A DNA stretch of 64,000 nt from a bacterium (GTDB taxonomy: Bacteria; SAR324; NAC60-12), in contig OZ242383.1 in assembly GCA_965209155.1 (NCBI GenBank), positions 3,776,001 to 3,840,000 of the forward strand. The letters are read 5' to 3'. This document shows, piece by piece, positions 9,288 to 19,527 of this stretch. The position numbers and the translations under genes are program-made. The notes under the pieces were generated by a model. That model saw only the letters and a program-made list of their open reading frames with translations, was not told the DNA's origin and did not search any database. Position 1 is the stretch's first letter, and each line of letters starts with the position of its first letter.

Positions 9288-9688
9288 GATACGGATTTGG
9301 GAGTCTCTTAATTATCTTTTTTAGAGCTACTTGCTTTCCATTCTCATTCTTCCGAGGTTTCCTCCCGGCCTGCGCGCTCCTCTCCAAAGCCAAAATGCGT
9401 CGCAACATATGTCCTGAAACAGATCAGAAAAATAAATCAAAAAAAAATATACCAGTATCCTCAATAATATTAGTGACTTGCATTTCAACTCAAAAAAAAA
9501 ATAAAAAAATTCAGATAAAATACTTGAAATATATATTGCACCTATTGTACCATTGAATTTCCTGCGGAAAAAGGGAAGTGAATCAAGTATTTTGAAAGCA
9601 ATTCCTCGTTCCCGGGAATCGTTTTTGTCTCATTCGTGCGGTTAAGCGCACGTTCTTTCATTGCTCTTTCATTATAAAGGTATGCATG

Positions 9689-9808
9689 GATATTAAACAA
9701 ATTCTCACCCCTATCCCGGGGTTAAACCTGGCAGACGTTGTGTCTGCTGTACAAAAACTTGTCCTCCCAAAAGCGGGGACCCGATTCGCTCAATGGTATA
9801 GCGAATCT
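9689..9808 (+). promoter_or_regulatory. Conserved multi-hairpin leader upstream of SBP2
   Basis: Homologous to 28940-29036 with conserved stems and divergent loops. Confidence 0.55.
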
Positions 9809-9838
9809 TCTTATTTCATCTCGAGTGTAGGAGGAATC

Positions 9839-11671
9839 ATGCAAAAAAGTAAAAGAGGAAAAATGCAATCATTGTTACTAACCCTCATCCTGATGGTCAG
9901 CACCCTCTGGGTCGCTTTGGCCGTCGCGGCTGAGAAGAAAATGGTGATGGACCCCACGACCGGGGAGATGGTGACCGCGCCGCAGTATGGCGGGACCTTG
10001 ACCTATGTCCATGCAGCAAACGTGACCCAGATTGACACCTACTACTGCTGCGGGGGGCCGTGGGTCATCGCCGGCGTCGTCGAGACGCTAGGCATGGCGG
10101 ACTGGGGAATAGATAGGAATGAATGGACCTTTCCCCCATCGTACCTGGATTCTAAAGTGATAAAAGGGCTGCTGGCGGAAAGCTGGGAAATTTCCCCGGA
10201 CGGCCTCACCTGGACCTTCCATATCCGTAAGGGCGTTCGCTGGCATAATAAGCCACCGATGAACGGGAGAGAGTTTACTGCTGCTGATGTCGAATACAAC
10301 TTTCACCGTATAATGGGAAACGAGTTAACAGGGACCGAGTTCAGTGAAGCCGAACCCGGGGTGTGGATGATGGCTTATGGGACGCTGCGAATGGAATCGA
10401 TAACAGCGACCGACAAATGGACGGTTGTTTTTAAGCTGAGCCAGTTTGACCTCAATGCGCTTGTGAATATCGCCACCACGTACAGTGGTTATATGTTTCC
10501 CCCTGAGGTAATCGAGGAATCAAGGACTGCTGAAGTGCCACAGGGCATTATTAAGAGAGCGGATTGGAGGAACCTGGTCGGCACCGGGCCCTATGAGATC
10601 ACGGACTGGGTCGAAGGCAGCTCTATAACCTATACCAAGAATCCTGACTACTGGGGCTACGACGAAAAATACCCGGAGAACCGCTTGCCCTATACTGACC
10701 AGGTAAGGAACCTGCTTATTCAGGAACCCGCAACAGTCGCGGCGGCACTGCGCACGGCTAAGATTGATATCATTAAGCACGATGGGGCCTATATGAATGT
10801 CGAATTTGCAGAGAGCATCAGGCGGACCAACCCCGAAATCAAGTTGTACAAGTGGGATTTTCGGTCGAACTACAGTTTGTCGGCTTATAATCCTTTCGTG
10901 CCGTCGCCACTTGACGACATTATGGTGCGCCACGCAATACAGATGGCACTGGACCTCGAGACCATTGTAAATACCTACTTTAAGGGTCACGGCAAGTGGA
11001 AACCTCAGGGGAAAGTAGGGGACAATATCATCGGCGGGTATAGAAACCCATTTGAAGAGTGGCCCGAGGAGGTCAAGCAATACTGGATCTATGACCCGGA
11101 AGGTGCCGAGAAGCTCCTTGATGAGGCCGGGTTTCCGCGCGGCGCCGACGGCGTTAGATTCTCGCTCCCCCTGGTACTCCGCTCTAACACTGATTTGGGC
11201 TATCTTGAAATAGTTAAAGCCTACCTTGCTGAGATTGGCATTGCTGGAGAGATTGAGACAGTAGACCGCCCTACTTGGATGGCTATGGCCGAGGAAGGTA
11301 CTTGGGGCGGGGGCGGGTTAGCGTTGCAGGGGTGGCATCTGGGCCTCGACTATCCCCCTACCAGCGCGTGCTATGCGCCCTCGAAATTTTACATGAAGCT
11401 TCCGGATGATCCGGTCCAAGAGGCAATGCATGAAGAGGTCATGGCCGCTACCACCCTTGAGGAGCAGGCGAGGCTGGTTAAAGCGTGCGAATGGCACCAG
11501 ATATTGAAGCACGAGCATATATGGGGTCCTAAAATTCCGCAGTTTTACGCGAGCCAGCCGTGGGTCATAGGTTTCAACGCTGAAGGCGGTCTGTCCGTCC
11601 AGAGCAATAATGTTGCCATCTTCGCCCGGCTCTGGATTGACCAGGAATTGAAGGACAAGAGCCAGTGGTAG
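9839..11671 (+). CDS. Family 5 substrate-binding protein, SBP2
   Basis: Same conserved blocks as SBP1; RBS AGGAGG before ATG 9839. Confidence 0.9.
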   Translation: MQKSKRGKMQSLLLTLILMVSTLWVALAVAAEKKMVMDPTTGEMVTAPQYGGTLTYVHAANVTQIDTYYCCGGPWVIAGVVETLGMADWGIDRNEWTFPPSYLDSKVIKGLLAESWEISPDGLTWTFHIRKGVRWHNKPPMNGREFTAADVEYNFHRIMGNELTGTEFSEAEPGVWMMAYGTLRMESITATDKWTVVFKLSQFDLNALVNIATTYSGYMFPPEVIEESRTAEVPQGIIKRADWRNLVGTGPYEITDWVEGSSITYTKNPDYWGYDEKYPENRLPYTDQVRNLLIQEPATVAAALRTAKIDIIKHDGAYMNVEFAESIRRTNPEIKLYKWDFRSNYSLSAYNPFVPSPLDDIMVRHAIQMALDLETIVNTYFKGHGKWKPQGKVGDNIIGGYRNPFEEWPEEVKQYWIYDPEGAEKLLDEAGFPRGADGVRFSLPLVLRSNTDLGYLEIVKAYLAEIGIAGEIETVDRPTWMAMAEEGTWGGGGLALQGWHLGLDYPPTSACYAPSKFYMKLPDDPVQEAMHEEVMAATTLEEQARLVKACEWHQILKHEHIWGPKIPQFYASQPWVIGFNAEGGLSVQSNNVAIFARLWIDQELKDKSQW

Positions 11672-11689
11672 GCCGACTGGAAGTACTTA

Positions 11690-11715
11690 TGGACCGGGCA
11701 GGACTGCCCGGTCCA
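11690..11715 (+). repeat. Perfect intergenic hairpin between SBP2 and dppB
   Basis: TGGACCGGGCAG-GA-CTGCCCGGTCCA; no U-tract, so possibly an mRNA-stabilising or REP-like element. Confidence 0.6.
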
Positions 11716-11769
11716 CTCTAGGATACCCCGCGTTTCCCTGCCAATATCAAAAATGATGAGGTGTGCGAG

Positions 11770-12783
11770 ATGAGAGCCTATATCATCAGGCGGATATTAC
11801 TGATCATCCCCACCCTGTTTATCCTGAGCATCATCGTCTTTCTCTCGGTGCGCTTCATCCCGGGCGATGCAATAAACGTAATGGTGGGAATGCTGGTGTC
11901 AGAGGAGTACCTGGGGGGGGCATGGGAGATTGACCGTGAAGCTCTTGAGCGTATGCTGGGACTGGACGTGCCTGTCTACGTGCAGTATGGACGCTGGATA
12001 GGAGTGTTGCCGACCCCTGACTGGCTTACCGGTGAGTCCCACTTTAAAGGTCTCCTCCAGGGCAGCCTTGGCACGTCACTGTTTGGCCAGTGGGCGGTAG
12101 AGGAGAAGCTAATAGGTAGATTGCCGGTAAGCCTCGAGCTTGGTGTCCTGTCCATCGTCATCGGGTTGGTGATCGCGCTGCCCGTCGGCATCTACTCGGC
12201 GATTCGCCAGGATACCGCCACCGACTACGTGGGGCGCTCCGCGGCCATCATCGGCATGGCCACTCCCAACTTCTGGCTGGCCCTGATGGTGATGATCTTC
12301 CCGGCGATCTGGTGGGGTTGGTCGCCCCCGATGGAGTGGGTTCCTTTCACCGAAGACCCGCTGGGCAATCTCGGGATTCTCATCATTCCCAGCCTGATTC
12401 TGGGGACGGCTATGTCTGCCACCACCATGCGGATGACGCGCACCATGATGCTGGAGGTGCTCCGGCAGGATTATATCCGCACCGCCTGGTCCAAGGGGCT
12501 CCGGGAGCGGATCGTGGTGATAAGACACGCCATTAAAAATGCCCTCATCCCGGTCGTGACCCTGATCGGCATGCAGTTGCCACTCCTGATCGGGGGCTCG
12601 GTGATCATGGAGAACATCTTTACCCTGCCGGGGATAGGCGATCTCTTGCTGAATGCACTCAAACTCAGAGACTACCCGGTGGTCTCCGGAGTGAACATGT
12701 TTTACGCCTCTCTCGTGATGGTGATCATTCTCCTGACCGACCTGATTTATCCCTATTTGAACCCCAGGGTGCGGTATCAATAG
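11770..12783 (+). CDS. dppB: DppB-like permease, copy 3
   Basis: DppB motifs; close paralog of 17822-18832. Confidence 0.9.
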   Translation: MRAYIIRRILLIIPTLFILSIIVFLSVRFIPGDAINVMVGMLVSEEYLGGAWEIDREALERMLGLDVPVYVQYGRWIGVLPTPDWLTGESHFKGLLQGSLGTSLFGQWAVEEKLIGRLPVSLELGVLSIVIGLVIALPVGIYSAIRQDTATDYVGRSAAIIGMATPNFWLALMVMIFPAIWWGWSPPMEWVPFTEDPLGNLGILIIPSLILGTAMSATTMRMTRTMMLEVLRQDYIRTAWSKGLRERIVVIRHAIKNALIPVVTLIGMQLPLLIGGSVIMENIFTLPGIGDLLLNALKLRDYPVVSGVNMFYASLVMVIILLTDLIYPYLNPRVRYQ

Positions 12784-12825
12784 TCGCTGGCGCGACATAG
12801 GTATTCGGTGTTAACCAGGAAAACG

Positions 12826-13377
12826 GTAGGGCCGGGTAACGTCCCGGCCAAAACATGAGCATTAGAGAAATCATGCCCCATATTCCCCCACGTTAGGATG
12901 GTCACAATCAGTGGTATTATGTGACGGTGATCACTCAATAACGACAACTTCTCTTTGCGGATACGGACCCTTGTGAGATCTTAAAACAAGCGTTTCGTGA
13001 GGAACGAAAACACCATCCTTTCCGTTTAGCAGGCCTTGTTATTTTACCGGATCATTGGCATGCTTTGATTCGTCCGAATGACGGTGGGGTGATTGAAACC
13101 ATCGTGGGAAATATCAAAAAGAAAGCATGGTCTGATATTGCTGCCCCTCGCCCCACCATTTGGCAACCCCGTTTTTTGGATCACCGTATTCGTAATCAGG
13201 AAGATTTCGCTTATCATTTGGAATACATCCGATTGAATGCCATCAAGCATGGATATGCCGAATCTCCAGAAGAATATCAATGGTGTTTTATCCATCAACA
13301 CCCCTTTGGAAAATGAAACCCTGGTTTGAAAACGACAATAATTTAACGTTTTTGGCCGGGGCGTCACCCGGCCCTAC
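12826..13377 (+). mobile_element. REP-flanked RAYT locus (REPtron), copy A
   Basis: GTAG-GGCCGGG-N6-CCCGGCC at 12826-12849 and its inverted copy at 13354-13377. Confidence 0.85.
12855..13316 (+). pseudogene. RAYT (REP-associated tyrosine transposase) pseudogene
   Basis: Near-identical to 18904 onward but TGG>TAG and AAA>TAA nonsense changes near the 5' end. Confidence 0.85.
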
Positions 13378-13477
13378 CGCAATGATGATAATGGTTGAAA
13401 TTAGGCTCAATCCCAGCAAACACCTTATACCTAAAAGCTATGTCGCGTGAACGACAAAATAAAAGGAACTAAAAAAT

Positions 13478-14075
13478 ATGACCGACACCTTAGAACAACC
13501 CTCCTCCATGCCTGGATCGTTTTCCCGGGACTGATCCTGTTGCTAACGATCATGTCCATCGTGGGGCCGGGATTCCCCAGATCATCCTGGTCCTGGGGAT
13601 TAGCGGAGGCATCGGCGGTTCCAGAATCATCAGAGGCGCCGTGATCGGCATTAAGGAGAATGATTACTTTCTGGCGGCAGAGGCGACTGGCAACCGAAGC
13701 GTGAGAACCCTGATCCGACATGTCGTGCCCAATATTATGCCGGTCATCATCATCGTTTTCAGCATCAGCATCGGAGGCCACATCCTCAGCCTGGCTTCGC
13801 TGAGCTTCCTCGGATTCTGGCTGCCCCCCGGCAGTCCTGACTGGGGAAGTTTGCTCAGCATAGAAGGGCGTCAGTACATGGAGCAGGCGCCCTGGTTGGC
13901 GCTCTGGCCGGGGCTGTGCCTGACGATGGTCGTTTTCAGCCTCAACATGTTCGGAGACGACATGCGGGACCTGCTTGATCTCCGGCTGCGGGGCGGTGAG
14001 GGCAGTTACGGCGCTACGACGAAGAAACGCAAACGAGGATTCCTGTCCCGGTTGATCAATCCTTTCAACGGCTAA
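13478..14075 (+). pseudogene. dppC: DppC-like permease pseudogene
   Basis: Relative to 19528-20499 it lacks about 373 bp (junction 13509/13510) and has a -1 frameshift near 13572. Confidence 0.85.
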
Positions 14076-14288
14076 GCGCACGAAAGAAGGATCAATTTTT
14101 CTCGGAAACCTTCTAAAAGATCCTCAAATGGAAGGAGGCGGTCAAAAATATCAGAGGTTGCCACTTGGGAATCGAGCGTTCACGCATAGATCAAAAACGG
14201 ACGCAACGACAGATGTTTGGGGGTTTTAATTTTATCATCTTTTGCCTCACTTTCTCAATCACTGATTTGATTGAGGATAGGTGATTCT

Positions 14289-14687
14289 TTACCAAAGGCT
14301 TTGCGCATGCGCATATTTCAAAAGATTGTTATCTTTAGTCAAGATGGTCGCATTTTCCTCTCGAGCAGTGGCTACAATGATTTGATCAGCAGGATCATTA
14401 TGAAAAGGTTGGGGTAATACGGTTGAGCGGTAGGCAATCTTAAGAGAAAGAGGAATCAGCTGAATTTTGGGCATCTCCAAGGCCTGGGTTAACCAATCTT
14501 CAGGATTGCAGGAAATCCCAATTCTTCTTTTCTCCAGAAGTTTGCAGAATTCCCAGGGTGAAATCGCCGATAACAGCAGCGCTTCATATCCACTCGGTTC
14601 TGAAATCAAATGCTTGACCTTTGAAGAGAGCTGGTTGGGATTCAAATGCCACCAAATCCAAGTGTGGGTATCTAATAAATATTTCAT
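14289..14687 (-). CDS. vapC: VapC-type PIN toxin
   Basis: 'YLLDTHTWIW', 'SAISPWE', 'HNDPADQII.ATA', 'ILTKD'. Confidence 0.9.
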   Translation of the reverse strand: MKYLLDTHTWIWWHLNPNQLSSKVKHLISEPSGYEALLLSAISPWEFCKLLEKRRIGISCNPEDWLTQALEMPKIQLIPLSLKIAYRSTVLPQPFHNDPADQIIVATAREENATILTKDNNLLKYAHAQSLW

Positions 14688-14917
14688 CAACCCACTTCCC
14701 ACATCTCTGCCCCCAAAGGAGAGACGATGTCTTCTTCAAATACCAAAGTATCGGCAAGACGACCTGGTTTCGTCAATGAGGTTTCCTCTCCATATGGCGT
14801 GATCTGGGCCAAAGGAATGCCCCTTTTTGTGATGATGATGCTTTCACGATTTTGAGCGACTTGAACCAGCACCTTCAACGCATGCGCTTTGAATTGGCTG
14901 ATGGCCATTGTCTTCAT
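14687..14917 (-). CDS. Phd/YefM-family antitoxin
   Basis: 'ISQFKAH.L..L..V......IIITKRG.P.A.I.P'; TGATG coupling to vapC. Confidence 0.9.
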   Translation of the reverse strand: MKTMAISQFKAHALKVLVQVAQNRESIIITKRGIPLAQITPYGEETSLTKPGRLADTLVFEEDIVSPLGAEMWEVG

Positions 14918-15481
14918 AGCTCCTCTCCTTCCTTATCTAAAGCACTTGTATTTTGAGAAATGACTAAATTAATAGTACCCTGGTCATATATTATAGTCAA
15001 TCTCTAAAATGTAAAGAATAATCAACGAGCATGAACGCTATCACAAAAATAGGGCATTATCCCAGAGGAATTGCTTGTAAGATGAACAGGAATGTTTTCT
15101 CAATATATTACAAGAATTGCTGGAGCGTATGTCCGGTGAATCGTGTAGTTATCTCAAAATTCATACAGATTCAACCGGTGGAACGTCACCCCAGTCAAAG
15201 TAATCTTCCAACTCATAGCGCATGATAGCAGGGAGAGGAGGAGCCCTTTCGGTTACTTATTCAATATGACATTTCCGATTTGGCAACTCTCACCTTCAAG
15301 AAAAATTGGAGCATTTTCTATAAGTCTGTCCCAGGTTTCCAACTAAGGGGCTTCAATAGAAAAAGGGCAGGTAAATAATATCGTTCCAGGAAGGGCGGGA
15401 TTATCCAATTTTTTCAAGGACTGACACAGAGAAGAGCGAGGATCAGGTCCGGGACAAGCTTTACATGCTCCTCCTTAAACA

Positions 15482-15593
15482 GTAGGTCCGGTTGACGTCC
15501 CGGCCAAAACATTCGTATTAGAGAATCCATGCCCCTTATTCCCCCACGCTGGAATGGTCCCAATCAGTGCTAATCTTTAACGATGAACACCCA
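15482..15593 (+). pseudogene. Degenerate REP plus 5' fragment of a third RAYT copy
   Basis: GTAGGTCCGGTTGACGTCCCGGCCAAAACAT... aligns with 18875-18990. Confidence 0.7.
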
Positions 15594-15764
15594 CATTGAT
15601 CGATTGAACAATATCATGAGAAAACGTGAAAGCGATTGGTCTTCCCCTGGAATTTTTTTTCACCGATATTGAACTGAACGGCTTCTGACTGTCCCCGGAT
15701 TTGAGCAGATTTATTGTATTTTTAATTTTTTTTTGCGAATCCCGCATTTATTTTACATCAGGGG

Positions 15765-15821
15765 GTTGACATTTCATTTTATTGTGCTATAAGCATGTCT
15801 TCGTTAAGTTGTTTTAATGAA
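15765..15821 (+). promoter_or_regulatory. Putative sigma70 promoter (TTGACA...TATAAG) plus palindrome upstream of SBP3
   Basis: TTGACA-N16-TATAAG followed by TTCGTTAA-N6-TTAATGAA; homologous to the SBP1 upstream region. Confidence 0.55.
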
Positions 15822-15967
15822 AGAAGAGGGTTCCCGATCGATGGAACAGTATCGTGGGAGGACTTGAAAACGATCGATCCTCCCCGGGAATCATTTTTTA
15901 ATGATAACTAAACGGGTTTTCAGAGACCTGAATAGTTACGCAAAATTTAAGTAAAGTAGGAGGAATC

Positions 15968-17773
15968 ATGCAAAAAAGTAAAACAGGAAAAATGCAATCA
16001 TTGTTGTTAACTCTCATCCTGATGGTTACCACCCTCTGGGTCGGTTTGGCCGTCGCAGCTGAAAAGAAAATGGTGACCGACCCCACGACCGGGGAGATGG
16101 TGACCGCGCCGCAGTATGGCGGAACCTTGACCTATGTCCAACCAGGATATGAAGAGAACGAGATTGACGGTCCTGGGAGGGGAGGGACTTATTACATCGG
16201 GGGCGTTGTAGAGAAGCTGGGCATGGCTGACTGGGGAGCAGACAGGAGTAAATTGACATATTTTATCCCAGGAGGGTACTTCCCTTTAGATTTCGTAAAA
16301 GGGCAGCTGATGGAACGCTGGGAAATTTCCCCGGACGGCCTCACCACTACCATCCACATCCGCAAGGGCGTTTACTGGCACGACAAGCCCCCGATGAACG
16401 GTCGGGAGTTCGATGCCTACGATGTCGAATTCAACTTTCACCGTCTATTGGCCCTGGGCGAGTTCAGTGAAACCGAACCTCCCTGGCTTGTCTCTGTGAA
16501 GAGTCTCACCGGTGCACCGGAATCGGTAACGGCCACCGACAAATGGACGGTTGTTTTCAAGCACAAGCAGTTTAACCTCAATTGGATTCAGAATACCGTC
16601 ACCAACTGGTTTGCTAATATGATGCCCCCTGAGGTAATCAGGCGAGACGGCCAGATTAAGGTAGGGGATTGGAAGAACCTGGTCGGCACCGGGCCCTATG
16701 AGATCACGGACTTGGTCGAGGGCAGCTCGATAACCTATACCAAGAATCCTAACTATTGGGGCTACGACGAAAAATACCCGGAGAACCGCTTGCCCTATAT
16801 TGACGAGTTAAGGAACCTGCTTATTCGGGAACCGGCAACAGTCACGGCGGCACTGCGCACGGCTAAGGTTGATGCGATTATCACAGCTGCGTCCTATGCG
16901 AATATCGAATTTGCAGAGAGCATCAAGCGGACCAACCCCGAAATCCAGTTGCACAAGTGGGATTATCGGTCGAACCACAGTTTCGCCGTTACTAATGTTT
17001 TCGTGCCGTCGCCCTCTGACGACATCATGGTGCGCCACGCCATCCAGATGGCATTGGATCTCGAGACCATTAACGAGACCTACTTTTCCGGTCATGCCAA
17101 GTGGTTACCTCAGGGACGAATAGGGGACGGCATCGGCAGGGGGTATAGGAACCCCTTTGAAGAGTGGCCGGAGGAGGTCAAGCAGTACTACCGGTTTGAC
17201 CCGGAAGGTGCCGAGAAGCTCCTTGATGATGCCGGGTTTCCGCGCGGCGCGGACGGCGTTAGATTCACGCTCCCCATTTTAGAAATCTCAGCCTACAGCG
17301 ATAGGGGCTATCTTGAAATAGTTCAAGCCTACCTTAATGAGATTGGCATTGCTGCGAAGATCGAGGCAGTGGACCAAGCTACTTGGAGAGTTATAAACGG
17401 GGACAAGACTTGGGATGGGTTAAACTTTACGGCTATGGGCCTGGATTATCCCCCTGCCGGCATGTGTTATCAGCCCTCCACTGCGACATGGACTTCGGGG
17501 GCGAAGGGGCCTGATCCGGTTCAAGAGAAAATTGCTTTAGCCGTCCAAGCCGCTACCACCCTTGAGGAGGAGGCGAGGCTGGTTAAAGAGTGCGATATGC
17601 ACATGATAAAGAAGCACGAGGATATATGGGGTCCTAAAGTTCCGCAGTTTACCGCGGTGCAGCCGTGGGTCATAGGTTACAACGGTGAAGTCGAAGTGAA
17701 CAACCAGGACAGGACTTCTATCTACGCCCGTCTCTGGATCGACCAGGAGCTGAAGAAAGAAATGGGGCATTAG
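15968..17773 (+). CDS. Family 5 substrate-binding protein, SBP3
   Basis: Conserved SBP blocks; RBS AGGAGG. Confidence 0.9.
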   Translation: MQKSKTGKMQSLLLTLILMVTTLWVGLAVAAEKKMVTDPTTGEMVTAPQYGGTLTYVQPGYEENEIDGPGRGGTYYIGGVVEKLGMADWGADRSKLTYFIPGGYFPLDFVKGQLMERWEISPDGLTTTIHIRKGVYWHDKPPMNGREFDAYDVEFNFHRLLALGEFSETEPPWLVSVKSLTGAPESVTATDKWTVVFKHKQFNLNWIQNTVTNWFANMMPPEVIRRDGQIKVGDWKNLVGTGPYEITDLVEGSSITYTKNPNYWGYDEKYPENRLPYIDELRNLLIREPATVTAALRTAKVDAIITAASYANIEFAESIKRTNPEIQLHKWDYRSNHSFAVTNVFVPSPSDDIMVRHAIQMALDLETINETYFSGHAKWLPQGRIGDGIGRGYRNPFEEWPEEVKQYYRFDPEGAEKLLDDAGFPRGADGVRFTLPILEISAYSDRGYLEIVQAYLNEIGIAAKIEAVDQATWRVINGDKTWDGLNFTAMGLDYPPAGMCYQPSTATWTSGAKGPDPVQEKIALAVQAATTLEEEARLVKECDMHMIKKHEDIWGPKVPQFTAVQPWVIGYNGEVEVNNQDRTSIYARLWIDQELKKEMGH

Positions 17774-17821
17774 TACTTGTGGACAGTCCCCCTTTGCCAA
17801 AGGGGGTAAGAGGAGTATCCC

Positions 17822-18832
17822 ATGAGAGCCTATATCATCAGGAGGTTATTGCTGATCATCCCCACCCTGTTCATTTTGAGCATCATCGTCTTTTTCTCGG
17901 TGCGCTTCATCCCCGGTGATGCAATTGACGTAATGGTGTCAATGATGCAATTGGACATGTTCGGGACGGGAGTCGAGATTGACCGTGAAGTTCTTGAGCG
18001 TATGCTGGGACTGGACGTGCCTGGCTACGTGCAGTATGGACGCTGGATAGGAGTGTTGCCAACCCCTGACTGGCTTACCGGTGAGTCCCACTTTAAAGGT
18101 CTCCTCCAGGGTAGCCTTGGCACGTCACTGTTTGCCCAGTGGGCGGTAGAGGAGAAGCTGATAGGTAGATTGCCGGTCAGCCTCGAGCTGGGTGTCCTGT
18201 CCATCGTCATCGGGATCGTGATCGCGCTGCCGGTCGGTGTGTACTCCGCCATTCGCCAGGATACGGCCGCCGATTACGTGGGGCGCTCCGCGGCCATCAT
18301 CGGCATGGCCACTCCCAACTTCTGGCTGGCCCTGATGGTGATGATCTTCCCAGCGATCTGGTGGGGTTGGTCGCCCCCGATGGAGTGGGTTCCTTTCTCC
18401 GAAGACCCGCTGGGCAATCTCGGGATTCTCATCATTCCCAGCCTGATTCTGGGGACAGCCATGTCTGCCACCACCATGCGGATGACGCGCACCATGATGC
18501 TGGAGGTGCTCCGGCAGGATTATATCCGCACCGCCTGGTCCAAGGGGCTCCGGGAGCGGGTCGTGGTGATAAGACACGCCATCAAAAATGCCCTCATCCC
18601 GGTGGTGACCCTGATCGGCATGCAGTTGCCACTCCTGATCGGGGGCTCGGTGATCATGGAGAACATCTTTACCCTGCCGGGGATAGGCGATCTCTTGCTG
18701 AATGCACTCAAACTCAGAGACTACCCGGTGGTCTCCGGAGTGAATATGTTTTACGCCTCCCTCGTGATGGTGATCATTCTCCTGACCGACCTGATTTATC
18801 CCTATTTGAACCCCAGGGTGCGGTATCAATAG
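17822..18832 (+). CDS. dppB: DppB-like permease, copy 4
   Basis: DppB motifs. Confidence 0.9.
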   Translation: MRAYIIRRLLLIIPTLFILSIIVFFSVRFIPGDAIDVMVSMMQLDMFGTGVEIDREVLERMLGLDVPGYVQYGRWIGVLPTPDWLTGESHFKGLLQGSLGTSLFAQWAVEEKLIGRLPVSLELGVLSIVIGIVIALPVGVYSAIRQDTAADYVGRSAAIIGMATPNFWLALMVMIFPAIWWGWSPPMEWVPFSEDPLGNLGILIIPSLILGTAMSATTMRMTRTMMLEVLRQDYIRTAWSKGLRERVVVIRHAIKNALIPVVTLIGMQLPLLIGGSVIMENIFTLPGIGDLLLNALKLRDYPVVSGVNMFYASLVMVIILLTDLIYPYLNPRVRYQ

Positions 18833-18874
18833 TCGCTGGCGCGACATAGGTATTCGGTGTTAACCAGGAAAACG

Positions 18875-19427
18875 GTAGGGCCGGGTAACGTCCCGGCCAA
18901 AACATGAGCATTAGAGAAATCATGCCCCATATTCCCCCACGTTGGGATGGTCACAATCAGTGGTATTTTGTGACGGTGATCACTCAAAAACGACAACTTC
19001 TCTTTGCGGATACGGACCCTTGTGAGATCTTAAAACAAGCGTTTCGTGAGGAACGAAAACACCATCCTTTCCGTTTAGCAGGCCTTGTTATTTTACCGGA
19101 TCATTGGCATGCTTTGATTCGTCCGAATGACGGTGGGGTGATTGAAACCATCGTGGGAAATATCAAAAAGAAAGCATGGTCTGATATTGCTGCCCCTCGC
19201 CCCACCATTTGGCAACCCCGTTTTTTGGATCACCGTATTCGTAATCAGGAAGATTTCGCTTATCATTTGGAATACATCCGATTGAATGCCATCAAGCATG
19301 GATATGCCGAATCTCCAAAGGAACATCAATGGTGTTTTATCCATCAACACCCCCTTTGGAAAATGAAACCCTGGTTTGAAAACGACAATAATTTAACGTT
19401 TTTGGCCGGGGCGTCACCCGGCCCTAC
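18875..19427 (+). mobile_element. REP-flanked RAYT locus (REPtron), copy B
   Basis: GTAG-type REP at 18875-18898 and inverted REP at 19404-19427. Confidence 0.85.
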
Positions 19428-19500
19428 CGCAATGATGATAATGGTTGAAATTAGGCTCAATCCCAGCAAACACCTTATACCTAAAAGCTATGTCGCGTGA
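18904..19500 (+). CDS. RAYT / Y1 HUH transposase with frameshift-extended C-terminus
   Basis: 'YFVTVIT..R', HUH 'LPDHWH', 'WQPRFLDHRIR', catalytic 'YIRLNAIKHG'; extra C in the C-run near 19350. Confidence 0.85.
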   Translation: MSIREIMPHIPPRWDGHNQWYFVTVITQKRQLLFADTDPCEILKQAFREERKHHPFRLAGLVILPDHWHALIRPNDGGVIETIVGNIKKKAWSDIAAPRPTIWQPRFLDHRIRNQEDFAYHLEYIRLNAIKHGYAESPKEHQWCFIHQHPLWKMKPWFENDNNLTFLAGASPGPTAMMIMVEIRLNPSKHLIPKSYVA

Positions 19501-19527
19501 ACGACAAAATAAAAGGAACTAAAAAAT

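Noticed and set aside
9686..9838. Extended N-termini of SBP2 and SBP4 (9686, 28811) sharing DIKQ.LTP
   Set aside because: Better RBS and signal peptide lie downstream, and the conservation follows base-pairing stems, so it is treated as a non-coding leader
15160..15250. Minus-strand peptide ERAPPLPAIMRYELEDYFDW resembling an IS91-type transposase C-terminus
   Set aside because: Only a four-residue motif; no further transposase sequence or ends recognisable
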